Of a stretch of DNA of 64,000 bases, positions 19,697 through 28,721 are shown one piece after another. Positions within the stretch are counted from its first letter, which is position 1. The number at the start of each line of letters is the position of its first letter. The translations under genes and the position numbers were made by a program. The notes under the pieces are model-generated. The model searched no databases. It was not told the DNA's origin and saw only the letters and a list, made by a program, of their open reading frames with translations. This DNA is from Spirochaetota bacterium (GTDB taxonomy: Bacteria; Spirochaetota; UBA4802; JAFGDQ01). Location: NCBI GenBank assembly GCA_043803405.1, contig JAZDKB010000043.1, forward strand, positions 1 to 64,000, given 5' to 3'.

Positions 19697-20449
19697 ATGA
19701 AACTGGAAGGAAAAAATGCGGTTATAACCGGTGGGGGAAGAGGTGTAGGCCGCGCTCTGTGTGTTGCATTTGCAAAGGAAGGCGCAAATGTTATTGTCAA
19801 TTATGCTGGCAATGAGAAAGCTGCAATGGAAGTTGTAGAAATGGTGCAAAAGTTGGGGAGAAAAGCTGTTGCCGTTAAGGGTAACGTTGCTGTAGAGGCA
19901 GATGCCCAGAACCTCATTGATGCATGCGTTAAGAATTTTGGATCAATACATATTCTTGTAAATAATGCCGGGATATCGAAGCCCGCAATGCTTCACAAAC
20001 TGAAAGATGAAGTTTGGGATGAGGTTGTTGATGTTCAAATGAAAGGACCATGGCAGTGCATTAAAGCAGCTTCCAAGTATTTTATGGAACAGAAATACGG
20101 CCGGATCGTTAACGTAACTTCAGTAGCAGGAATAGTCGGAACTACAGGTCAGATCCACTATGCAGCAGCAAAAGGCGGAGTTGTTACTTTAACAAAATCT
20201 GCAGCAAGAGAACTTGCTAAATTTAATGTTACAGCTAATGTTATTTCCCTTGGTATTGTTACAACCGAGATGACAAGCACTCTTCAAAACGACGAAAAGC
20301 TGAAGGAAATATATTTAAGACGCATTCTGCTTAATAAGTATGCTGAACCGGAAGATGTAGCCCCGGCTTTTATATTCTTTGCTTCAGATGATTCGGCTTA
20401 TGTAACAGGCCAGTTGTTATGTGTTGACGGCGGGTATGGGATGACATAG
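19697..20449 (+). CDS. SDR 3-oxoacyl-CoA/ACP reductase (FabG-like), probably a 3-hydroxyacyl-CoA dehydrogenase in this cluster
   Basis: TGGGRGVG, NNAG, YAAAK. Confidence 0.85.
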   Translation: MKLEGKNAVITGGGRGVGRALCVAFAKEGANVIVNYAGNEKAAMEVVEMVQKLGRKAVAVKGNVAVEADAQNLIDACVKNFGSIHILVNNAGISKPAMLHKLKDEVWDEVVDVQMKGPWQCIKAASKYFMEQKYGRIVNVTSVAGIVGTTGQIHYAAAKGGVVTLTKSAARELAKFNVTANVISLGIVTTEMTSTLQNDEKLKEIYLRRILLNKYAEPEDVAPAFIFFASDDSAYVTGQLLCVDGGYGMT

Positions 20450-20523
20450 ACAGTTGTAATCTATGTCTATTTATAATGTTTAATTTAATCTTAACTATTA
20501 TATAATTATTGAAAGAGGTTTTT

Positions 20524-21696
20524 ATGGGAAAAGTAGCAATAATTGGAGTAGGCCAGAGTTATTTTGTCCGGGAATATCCCGGATCAATCAGAGAGCTGGC
20601 TTTTGAAGGATTTAGCGAAGCAATGCAGGACGCTAAGATATCACCACAGGACATTAATGCAACAGTAATCTGTTCTTCACCTGAATATGATAAACAAAGA
20701 TCGCCTGCAGGCGTTATAGCGGAATACTTCGGTTTAAATCCACAGCCGACTTTTTATGTTGAAACACTGTGTTCTTCAAGCAGCACGGGCGTAAAATTAG
20801 CTTATGCACTTGTTGAGTCAGGGCTTCACGACTGTGTGGCTGTTGTAGGTTTTCAGAAGATGTCGGAAATTTCATCAAAAGAATCGCAGGAGAGAATGGG
20901 ACGCGGCGGAGACATTCAATGGGAAAGCCCTTATGGAACAATGATGCCGGCTTATTACGCGCTTCATGCTCAGGCATATTTAGCCAAATATAAAGAAGCT
21001 TCTCTGGATGACCTTGCGCGCATCAGAGTTAAATCCGGAACGTACGGCCAGCTGAACGAGAGAGCGGTTTTCAGAAAAGGCGTTAAATTCGAAGAGTTTG
21101 CACCGACACCGGAAAACAGAATGGCTGATCCTGTTTCCAGCCCGTTAAGAGTAGGCGATTGCTGCGCAAATGCAGACGGAAGTTCATGTATAATAGTAGC
21201 AAATGAGAAAGTAGCAAAGAAATTCTCCCCAAAACCGGTTTGGATATTAGGAGTAGGCGCAGCCAGCCAGAGCGTAAATATTGCAGGAAGGGATACATTA
21301 TCCGGACTTGTAGCAGCAAGAATAGCAGGAGAGCAGGCATATAAAATGGCAGGCGTTGGCCCTAAGGACATAAACGTTGCTGAAGTTCACGACTGCTTCA
21401 CTATAGCAGAAATTCTGGCTTATGAAGCTCTCGGTTTTGCAAAACCGGGCGAAGCAAAAGATCTTATCAGAAACAAAGAGACATATAAAGAAGGCAGAAT
21501 CCCCGTAAACGTAGACGGCGGACTCCTTTCCAAAGGCCACCCGATCGGAGCAACAGGCGGATCTCAGATAAGAACAATAGTGCTTCAGCTAAGAGGTGAA
21601 GCGGGAGCAATACAGGTAAAGAATCCGAAGATTGGATTAGTTCACAATGTCGGCGGAGTAGGTCTTTACGGAAACGTTACAATTCTTGGAATATAA
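20524..21696 (+). CDS. SCP2/archaeal-type thiolase (acetyl-CoA C-acyltransferase)
   Basis: TLCSSS nucleophile, HDCF and GHPIGATG motifs; ATG at 20524 preceded by GAGGT. Confidence 0.9.
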   Translation: MGKVAIIGVGQSYFVREYPGSIRELAFEGFSEAMQDAKISPQDINATVICSSPEYDKQRSPAGVIAEYFGLNPQPTFYVETLCSSSSTGVKLAYALVESGLHDCVAVVGFQKMSEISSKESQERMGRGGDIQWESPYGTMMPAYYALHAQAYLAKYKEASLDDLARIRVKSGTYGQLNERAVFRKGVKFEEFAPTPENRMADPVSSPLRVGDCCANADGSSCIIVANEKVAKKFSPKPVWILGVGAASQSVNIAGRDTLSGLVAARIAGEQAYKMAGVGPKDINVAEVHDCFTIAEILAYEALGFAKPGEAKDLIRNKETYKEGRIPVNVDGGLLSKGHPIGATGGSQIRTIVLQLRGEAGAIQVKNPKIGLVHNVGGVGLYGNVTILGI

Positions 21697-21719
21697 TGCA
21701 TTTAATGCAGAGGTGAAAA

Positions 21720-22148
21720 ATGGCAAAAGAAAAAGATGATAGATTTAAAGTATTTGGTACTGTGAGCTTTACTGCCACAACCAAAGTTAATGATTTTATT
21801 AAATATCTGCAGGAAGGAAAAGTAATGGCCACTAAATGCAAAAAATGCGGTCAGATATATTTTCCACCCAGATATGACTGTTTCAAAGACTATACACACG
21901 ATATGGAATGGACGGAAGTAACAGGTGCAGGAAAACTGGTAAGTTACAGCAAACTTCAATACGGCCCAATCGGATTTGAAGGCGATTTACCGTATAGTAT
22001 AGCTCTGCTCGATTACGGCAAATTCCAGGTATTTGGAAGACTCGATAAAAGCCTACCTGACAATGAAATAAAGATAGGCATGGACATGAAGACTGTTCCA
22101 AACAAGTTGCCTAACGGACAATTGAATTTTGTGTTTCAAAAAGCATAA
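21720..22148 (+). CDS. DUF35 Zn-ribbon/OB-fold thiolase partner
   Basis: CKKCGQIYFPPRYDC, GKLVSYS, IKIGM; adjacent to the thiolase. Confidence 0.9.
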   Translation: MAKEKDDRFKVFGTVSFTATTKVNDFIKYLQEGKVMATKCKKCGQIYFPPRYDCFKDYTHDMEWTEVTGAGKLVSYSKLQYGPIGFEGDLPYSIALLDYGKFQVFGRLDKSLPDNEIKIGMDMKTVPNKLPNGQLNFVFQKA

Positions 22149-22161
22149 TAATTTTTAAAAG

Positions 22162-22226
22162 TTAAGCCACTAAGGTCTAATAATATTCTTTAAAAATTTA
22201 AAAGAATTAGCACCTTGGTGGCTTAA
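22162..22226. repeat. Long intergenic inverted repeat
   Basis: ttaagccactaaggt ... accttggtggcttaa outer arms with inner AT-rich arms. Confidence 0.75.
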
Positions 22227-22289
22227 TGTTTTGTAAGCTTGTTTTTTCAATTAAACAAAATTATTTTAAATAATTTCGGAGGCAAAATT

Positions 22290-23069
22290 ATGGGAGATAA
22301 ATTAGTTCAGGTTAATGAAAAGTATAACGGGAGTGCAGCGGAACTTATCGTAGGTCCGGCGCCTGCCAACATACTCAGCGAAGCAGCTATGGATGAATTA
22401 AGTGCCCATCTGGATAAAATTGTTTCAGATCCTAACAAAAAAATTATAATTTTGACCGGAGCCGGGGACCATTTTAGTTTTGGTGCAAGCGTACCTGAGC
22501 ATACACCCGACAGATGTGATTCAATGATAACAAAATTCAACATATTTATCGGGAAAATGCTCGCATGTCCGGTGCCGATACTCGCGAGAGTGAAAGGCAA
22601 TTGCCTTGGAGGCGCATTGGAAGTTGTGCTTGCATGTCATTTTGTTTTTGCAGAGAAAAAAGCATCTTTTGCTTTTGCCGAGATAAAACTTGCAGTTTTC
22701 CCTCCTCCTGGTTCGATTCTTCTCCCGCTTGTAGTGGGTGATAAAATTGCTTGCCAGATGGTTATGACCGGAGCTGCAAAATCCGCCGAAGAACTAAAGA
22801 ATTATAATTTTATAAATGAATTGAGCGATGACGCAGATGCAATGGACAAAGCCATTGACGCTTTCATTACAAAAAGAATTATGCCGTTAAGTGCATCCAG
22901 CATTCGTATTGCTAATGAGGCAGTGAGAAGAGATATAATTACAAGATACAAAGAACACATTGCATATGTTGAAAAATTATATTTAAAGAAACTGATGAGT
23001 ACACATGACGCTGTAGAAGGTATTGTTTCATTTATGGAGAAACGTCCTCCGAAGTGGACGAATAACTAA
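22290..23069 (+). CDS. dch: Enoyl-CoA hydratase, cyclohexa-1,5-dienecarbonyl-CoA hydratase (Dch/BamR)-like
   Basis: HFSFGASVPEH, CLGGALE, EIKLAVFPP, YLKKLMSTHDAVEG; ATG at 22290 with GGAGG RBS. Confidence 0.7.
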   Translation: MGDKLVQVNEKYNGSAAELIVGPAPANILSEAAMDELSAHLDKIVSDPNKKIIILTGAGDHFSFGASVPEHTPDRCDSMITKFNIFIGKMLACPVPILARVKGNCLGGALEVVLACHFVFAEKKASFAFAEIKLAVFPPPGSILLPLVVGDKIACQMVMTGAAKSAEELKNYNFINELSDDADAMDKAIDAFITKRIMPLSASSIRIANEAVRRDIITRYKEHIAYVEKLYLKKLMSTHDAVEGIVSFMEKRPPKWTNN

Positions 23070-23105
23070 TTTTTTTAATAAAATAATTTAGTAAAAAGTA
23101 AATTT

Positions 23106-23147
23106 AAAAGGGCTGAAATTCCATTAGTGAATTTTAGCCCTTTTTTT
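23106..23147. terminator. Bidirectional intrinsic terminator
   Basis: aaaagggctgaaatt...aattttagcccttttt between convergent genes. Confidence 0.85.
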
Positions 23148-23166
23148 GGCCCCTCGTTTTTTTTCG

Positions 23167-23565
23167 TTAATCTTTAATGGGCCATTCGCCGCGTTCTTTT
23201 AGAACTTCCCTGTATGCAGCAAGCGCTTCGTTGACTGAAGGCATTCCCGCATAGGTGGCAAGCTGAAAAAATATTTCTGTAATTTTTTTCGGATCACAGC
23301 CCACGTTTAACGCTGCATTTATATGAAGCTTTAATTCGTCAGTTGCCCTGAGCGCAGCCAGCATGGCGCAGGCTGCCATTTGCCTTTCGGGCAAAGTGAG
23401 CACAGTCCGGGAATACAGGTTTCCGGTAATGAATTTAGAAAAATCGCCTGCGAGATCTTTATTGAACTCCTTCCATGTTAAATATGGCGGGTCCATTTTA
23501 ATTCCTTTGCCGAAAAGTTTTTTCGCTGTTTCCTGGGTTCTTTTAGTAATTATTTCATCGTTCAA
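23167..23565 (-). CDS. Carboxymuconolactone decarboxylase-family protein
   Basis: LYSRTVLTLPERQM, HINAALNVG, YAGMP; TTG start with AGGAGG RBS. Confidence 0.85.
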   Translation of the reverse strand: MNDEIITKRTQETAKKLFGKGIKMDPPYLTWKEFNKDLAGDFSKFITGNLYSRTVLTLPERQMAACAMLAALRATDELKLHINAALNVGCDPKKITEIFFQLATYAGMPSVNEALAAYREVLKERGEWPIKD

Positions 23566-23959
23566 GTGATGATCCTCCTAATATATTAAGTGACTGCCGC
23601 CAAAAGACGGCGGTTAAAAAAATAAGCGTCTGCAATACTGACCTCTGGAACCGAGCAGTAGCTCCATATAAAAATATTAAATAAAATAAAAAAAAATTAA
23701 AAAAAATGCTTGTTAAAAAAGGCATGGCATAAAATGCTAGCAAACAAAATTGTTTTTTGTTAATAAAAAGATATTTTTATATCTTTTGTAATGATCTTTA
23801 TAAGGATTTTAAAAAGTCCAGCCATGTTTTGTCAACAGCTATAAAGACTTGATGAATTAAATATATTTAATATTAATAAAAAGGCAGTAATATTTTTTAA
23901 ATGTGCCGGCACTTCGCGGCAATTATGTATTTAATAATTTAAAAATATAAAGGAGGATA

Positions 23960-24073
23960 ATTGATTTTACTCTTAGTGAGGAATAGCAAATTCTTCGTAA
24001 GATCACGCAAAAATTTGCGCAAAAAAGGATTGCGCCTTTTGCGAATAATTGGATAAAAACATTTGCTGGTTAA
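23960..24073 (+). pseudogene. 5' remnant of an acyl-CoA dehydrogenase (probably non-decarboxylating glutaryl-CoA dehydrogenase)
   Basis: AGGAGG at 23951, then ATT-GAT-TTT reading IDFTLSEE*QILRKITQKFAQKRIAPFANNW. This is a typical ACAD N-terminus with a lost ATG, an in-frame TAG and the rest of the gene missing. Confidence 0.75.
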
Positions 24074-24165
24074 GCTAATGTTTTAATAAATATTATACAA
24101 AGAATTTATTTTTGGAAATAAGGTTTCGGTATAACCTAAATTTAATAATAATTAGAGGTATAGAA

Positions 24166-24375
24166 ATGGAAGTATTATCCCCGTTTTCTGGTAAAGTAGT
24201 AAAGGTTTTAGTTAAACAAGGAGCCCAGGTAAGTGAAGATGATGAACTTTTTATCATTGAAGCTATGAAGATGGAAACTCCGATTTATGCTCCCTGCAGC
24301 GGCACGGTTAAAGAAGTAAAAACCAAGGAAGCACAGGATGTTGAAGCAGATAATATTTTAGCAGTTATTGAATAG
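24166..24375 (+). CDS. Biotin carboxyl carrier subunit (GcdC-like)
   Basis: EAMKME biotinylation motif; ATG at 24166 with GAGG RBS. Confidence 0.9.
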   Translation: MEVLSPFSGKVVKVLVKQGAQVSEDDELFIIEAMKMETPIYAPCSGTVKEVKTKEAQDVEADNILAVIE

Positions 24376-24427
24376 ATGTTATCGTTTTAAAATAATTTTG
24401 AGTTTTTCAGCATCGATTTCCTCAATC

Positions 24428-24465
24428 AATAATAGAAGGGAAGCCAGTGCTTCTCTTCTATTATT
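24428..24465. repeat. 17-bp stem-loop between the biotin carrier gene and gcdA
   Basis: aataatagaagggaagc-cagt-gcttctcttctattatt (one G:U pair). Confidence 0.75.
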
Positions 24466-24547
24466 ATCATCTATCACAAATTTCACTAATAACCAGAAAA
24501 TTTATATTAACGATAATTTGTGAATATTTTAATTCAGGAGTTTAATA

Positions 24548-26317
24548 ATGAAACCATATTTTGAAAAGATGGACGATTTCGGCAAGGCATTAAAGGAAGG
24601 CGAAATCAAAAGAAGCGTGGAAAATGTTAAGCAGATAAAACAAGTGGAAGCAGAGATTGATCAGCTTGTTGATAAAGCAAAAAAAGCCGGGTTGCCGGAA
24701 GCTGAGATTAATAAACGCGGCGAGATGACAGTGTGGCAGCGTCTTGAGTATCTTGTAGATCCGGGCACATGGTGTCCTCTGCATACATTATATAATCCGG
24801 AAAATAATGATTCCGGAATAAACAATGTATTTGACGGACTTGGAAAGATTTCCGGCAAATGGGCGGTTATAATAGGTTTTGACAATAAAGTTCTTGCTGG
24901 AGCATGGGTGCCGGGACAGTCAGATAATATTCTCCGCGTTACGGACATGGCAAAAAGACTTCATCTGCCGCTTATATGGCTTGTTAACTGCAGCGGTGTT
25001 AAGCTGGATGAGCAGGAAAAATTTTACGCAAACAGACGCGGGTCAGGAACACCGTTCTTCAGACACGCTGAACTGAACCAGCTTGGTATTCCTGTACTAG
25101 CCGGTATATACGGAACAAATCCTGCCGGCGGCGGATACCAGGGCATAAGCCCGACTGTACTTTTCGCTCATAAAAACTGCAACATAGCAGTCGGCGGCGC
25201 AGGTATTGTAAGCGGTATGGCTCCAAAGGGAGAATTTGACAATGCGTATGTTGAAGATCTTATCGATAAAACCAGACATTTTAAAAGCAACCCTCCGGGC
25301 ACAGTGAAGATGCATTACAATGAAACCGGATTTTTCAGATATATGTATGAAGAAGAAAAAGGCGTTCTGGACGGATTGAAAGAATATATGAAGGATATTC
25401 CTTCATATAATACGAAGTTTTTCAGAGTTGCAAAACCTGCTGAACCGAAGTTCCCGGCTGAGGATATTTATAGTCTTATCCAATTCGAGCAGAAGAAAGT
25501 TTATAACTTCGATGAAATTCTCGCACGTTTAGTAGATAACAGCGAACACATGGAATATCGTCCCGATTACGGTCCTGAAATTTACACAGGTCTTGTAAAA
25601 ATAGACGGATTTTTAGTGGCAATCATAGGCAACCGTCAGGGTTTCCTTCCAAAGGGATATCCTGAGTATGCAGATTATCCGGGAATTGGTGGAAAGCTTT
25701 ATCGCCAGGGCCTTGTTAAGATGAATGAATTCGTGACATACTGCTCAAGAGACAGAGTTCCGATCATCTGGGTTCAGGATACAAGCGGAATTGATGTAGG
25801 CGATATTGCGGAAAGAGCAGAACTTCTTGGACTGGGACAGAGCCTTATTTACTCGATTCAACAGTCATGCATACCGCAGATGCTTATCGTGCTCAGGAAA
25901 GGAACAGCAGCTGCACATTATGTAATGGGCGGGCCGACAGCGAACGATCATAACGCATTTACACTCGGAACAGCAACAACCGAGATATATGTAATGCATG
26001 GTCAGACGGCAGCTGTTGCAAGCTATTCCAGAAGGCTTGTTAAGGAAAAGGACGCAGGCAAGCCGCTTGAACCGATTATTGAGAAGATGAATCAAATGGC
26101 AAAACAATATTACGATAATTCAAGACCTGCATTTTGTGCGAAATACGGTCTCATCGATGAAGTGGTTCCAATGAAAGCAATAAGAAATTATCTGGTTGCT
26201 TTTACTGGTTCGTGTTATCAGAATCCGGCATCTATATGCCCGTTCCATCAGATGATTCTGCCGAGAATTATAAAAGATTTCAAAACAATAAAAGAAATTC
26301 AGGCAAAAGGCAAATAG
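24548..26317 (+). CDS. gcdA: Glutaconyl-CoA decarboxylase alpha (carboxyltransferase) subunit
   Basis: WCPLHTLYNP, NCSGV, ANRRGSGTPFFR, YGTNPAGGGY, RKGTAAAHYVMGGP, CPFHQMILPR. Confidence 0.92.
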   Translation: MKPYFEKMDDFGKALKEGEIKRSVENVKQIKQVEAEIDQLVDKAKKAGLPEAEINKRGEMTVWQRLEYLVDPGTWCPLHTLYNPENNDSGINNVFDGLGKISGKWAVIIGFDNKVLAGAWVPGQSDNILRVTDMAKRLHLPLIWLVNCSGVKLDEQEKFYANRRGSGTPFFRHAELNQLGIPVLAGIYGTNPAGGGYQGISPTVLFAHKNCNIAVGGAGIVSGMAPKGEFDNAYVEDLIDKTRHFKSNPPGTVKMHYNETGFFRYMYEEEKGVLDGLKEYMKDIPSYNTKFFRVAKPAEPKFPAEDIYSLIQFEQKKVYNFDEILARLVDNSEHMEYRPDYGPEIYTGLVKIDGFLVAIIGNRQGFLPKGYPEYADYPGIGGKLYRQGLVKMNEFVTYCSRDRVPIIWVQDTSGIDVGDIAERAELLGLGQSLIYSIQQSCIPQMLIVLRKGTAAAHYVMGGPTANDHNAFTLGTATTEIYVMHGQTAAVASYSRRLVKEKDAGKPLEPIIEKMNQMAKQYYDNSRPAFCAKYGLIDEVVPMKAIRNYLVAFTGSCYQNPASICPFHQMILPRIIKDFKTIKEIQAKGK

Positions 26318-26344
26318 CCTAAACTTTCATTCTTTAATTTTAAT

Positions 26345-26378
26345 AAAAACTCCCTGTTTAATGCAGGGAGTTTTTTTT
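26345..26378 (+). terminator. Intrinsic terminator after gcdA
   Basis: aaaaactccctg-loop-cagggagtttttttt. Confidence 0.88.
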
Positions 26379-26384
26379 AAAGCA

Positions 26385-26558
26385 CTAGTACTTTTATCAT
26401 ATAAATTCAAATTAAATATGCCACGGAGACACTGAGGCACAGAGAAGATATATTAATTATTTTTAAGATAAAAACCAATCAAACACTCAGTGTCTCTGTG
26501 ACTCTGTGGCGAAATTTTAAAATACTTTTAATTTAAAATCATGAAGTCCAAGCACTAG
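26385..26558. mobile_element. 174-bp CTAG-bounded MITE-like element with internal CACAGAG-unit palindrome
   Basis: CTAG at both ends (aagcactagt at 26380 and 26550); inner arms cacggagacactgag (26422) and ctcagtgtctctgtg (26486). Confidence 0.6.
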
Positions 26559-26584
26559 TTATTTTTGAGATGAGTTATAAATTA

Positions 26585-28363
26585 TTATTCAAGATTATAC
26601 TGCCAGACTTCGGAGCTGTATACTTTTTGTGAGAGGTCGTTGAGGGAATACCCGCCGAATATTATTAAAGAATTATTGTATTTTACTGCAGAATAAAAGC
26701 TTCGTTTGAAAGGCGCTGTTGAGATCTTTGTCCATGTGTTGGATGAAAGTGAATACTTCCACAGATCATTAAAGCATTCTTTGCCGTTTTGTCCGCCGAA
26801 AACATAAAGATTTCCGTTATGTTCTATTATGCTTATTCCGCTTCTTGTTGGGATAATGGTGATTCCTGTTGTAATTACTTCGCTGAAAGTACCGTTAAGG
26901 TTAAATCTCCACAGGTCGTTGTAATATGTTCCGCTGTTGTAACCGCCGAAAAAGTAAATGCTGTTATTATAATAAACGGCGCTGTGTTCGCTTCTGGTAT
27001 GAGATAAAGTACTATCGAACTGGTCCCAGTCAAGCAAACTCAGATTGATTAGATAAGTCCTGGCATTCAGATTCCCGCCTGTGTCCCTGCCGCCCTGGAA
27101 ATAAATGCTTTCTACTGGACCTATTGGATTGTATACTGGAACAGCTATATGATGTGATCTCTCGGCAGGCCAGCTTCCGGTTGTTTCATTATTGTCAAAG
27201 CTAATCCATGTGTCTGATTCTGTTATATAATAATACATGCCCTCGTTCTGTTTGTCATAATATGTTGAACCGTCTGTTCCGCCAAATCGGTAAAGATTTC
27301 CGTTAAGCTCCACAAGGGTTGCGTAAGCCCTTGCGCCATTGCTTGTCAGAGAATCATATTCTCCGGTAGAAAGATCATATTCCCAGAAGTCGTTAAGCGC
27401 TCCTGAGTAACTTTCTCCGCCGTAGATATAAAGACAGTTGCCGCTAAGAGCTGCTGCCGCGCCTGCTCTGGATGTGGCTGTTTCACCAAGTTTAATCCAG
27501 CTTGTGTCGTCATCCGTAATTGTCATTACGTGGAATGATCCGCCAAGAGCAGCGTTAACCGGAGAGCTTAAAGCGAGATTAATTGTTTCGCCGGTACCTT
27601 CACTAAGAAAGTCCTGAACAGGAGTAATGATTATTGTTTTAACTGTTTGTCTGGCAGTAAATGTAATGACCTGACCGGAGGACCATCCCGTATAATTGTA
27701 GTCGCCTGTTGTTGCTGAGCCATTCATAAGATCGGTAACTGTTACTGTAACATCACTTGCAGATGCCTTTGAGAGAACTACATTGATATTGTGTGCTATG
27801 GTATTCTCATTTGATGTGCTGCTTGTTGAAGTTTCAAAAGACACTACCGGAACTGACTCGTCATCATATATCGTTATCTGATGGGAACTCAACCCGAGAG
27901 CGGCATTAACCGGAGAGCTTAAAGCGAGATTAATTGTTTCGCCGGTTCCTTCAGTGTCCGAATCCTGAACAGGAGTAATACTGATTGTTTTAATTGTTTC
28001 GCCCGGATTAAAGGTGATAATTTCGGGAGAAGACCATTCCGTATAATTGTAATCTGTTAGTGCTGTTGCTGAACCATTAAGAAGATCACTAACTGTAACG
28101 GAAATTGCTTTATCCGAGGTTTTGGAAAGAATTATGTTTACCTGATGATCTGTTTCGTTTTCGTTTGTCGTATAACCGGAAGAAACAGCAAATGAAACTA
28201 CAGGTTGGGAATTATCGGTAAGGTTATTTTCTTTTTTGATGGAATCGTCAAAATTATCGTCGCATGATGTAAAAGCAGGAATTATTATACAGAAAAATAT
28301 TATTCCGGCTTGTTTCAGGAATCGGATTATGTTTAAAAATATTATTATTAATTTATTATTCAT
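26585..28363 (-). CDS. Lipoprotein with two Calx-beta domains and C-terminal kelch repeats
   Basis: Lipobox FTSC; two PVVSF...GETINLALSSPVNAALG repeats; YIYGG/YRFGG/YFFGG/YVFGG kelch blades; start codon uncertain. Confidence 0.8.
   Translation of the reverse strand: MNNKLIIIFLNIIRFLKQAGIIFFCIIIPAFTSCDDNFDDSIKKENNLTDNSQPVVSFAVSSGYTTNENETDHQVNIILSKTSDKAISVTVSDLLNGSATALTDYNYTEWSSPEIITFNPGETIKTISITPVQDSDTEGTGETINLALSSPVNAALGLSSHQITIYDDESVPVVSFETSTSSTSNENTIAHNINVVLSKASASDVTVTVTDLMNGSATTGDYNYTGWSSGQVITFTARQTVKTIIITPVQDFLSEGTGETINLALSSPVNAALGGSFHVMTITDDDTSWIKLGETATSRAGAAAALSGNCLYIYGGESYSGALNDFWEYDLSTGEYDSLTSNGARAYATLVELNGNLYRFGGTDGSTYYDKQNEGMYYYITESDTWISFDNNETTGSWPAERSHHIAVPVYNPIGPVESIYFQGGRDTGGNLNARTYLINLSLLDWDQFDSTLSHTRSEHSAVYYNNSIYFFGGYNSGTYYNDLWRFNLNGTFSEVITTGITIIPTRSGISIIEHNGNLYVFGGQNGKECFNDLWKYSLSSNTWTKISTAPFKRSFYSAVKYNNSLIIFGGYSLNDLSQKVYSSEVWQYNLE
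27500..28205 (-). repeat. Intragenic tandem duplication, 351-bp period (boundaries approximate)
   Basis: 41-nt identical stretch starting at 27555 and at 27906. Confidence 0.85.
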
Positions 28364-28721
28364 AAAAATGAACCTAAGTAATATAATCAATTATATTATG
28401 AATGGCAATAAAAAGTAATAATTATTTTTATATTAAAGACATTTCGCAGATCAGATTGAAAAAAAATGGGAATAAAAGCGTAATTAAAACCATAATATAA
28501 ATGAATTCTTTTGTTGAATATTTGATTAAAAATCATGCTGAATATTGACAGCTGTATATTTTTTTTATAAATTATAATGATTCATTTTTAAAGTATAAAC
28601 CTGCTTACCGAATAAATTATCCGATACTTATTTTAAATTTTTAAAACACAGATTGTTTTTGAGATGATTTCCGGTTTGAACTTTCCGGAAAAATTGAAAT
28701 GTTATATTAAGGGAGCTTGTT

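Noticed and set aside
23725..23737. TGGCA...TGC sigma54-like site upstream of the gcd genes
   Set aside because: GG-to-GC spacing is 8 nt; sigma54 requires 10
23984..23986. In-frame TAG as pyrrolysine or read-through in the ACAD remnant
   Set aside because: The start codon is also lost and the frame ends at TAA 24071, so decay explains it better
26420..26510. CACAGAG units as a CRISPR array
   Set aside because: Units are 9 nt, arranged as inverted arms, with no spacers and no cas genes
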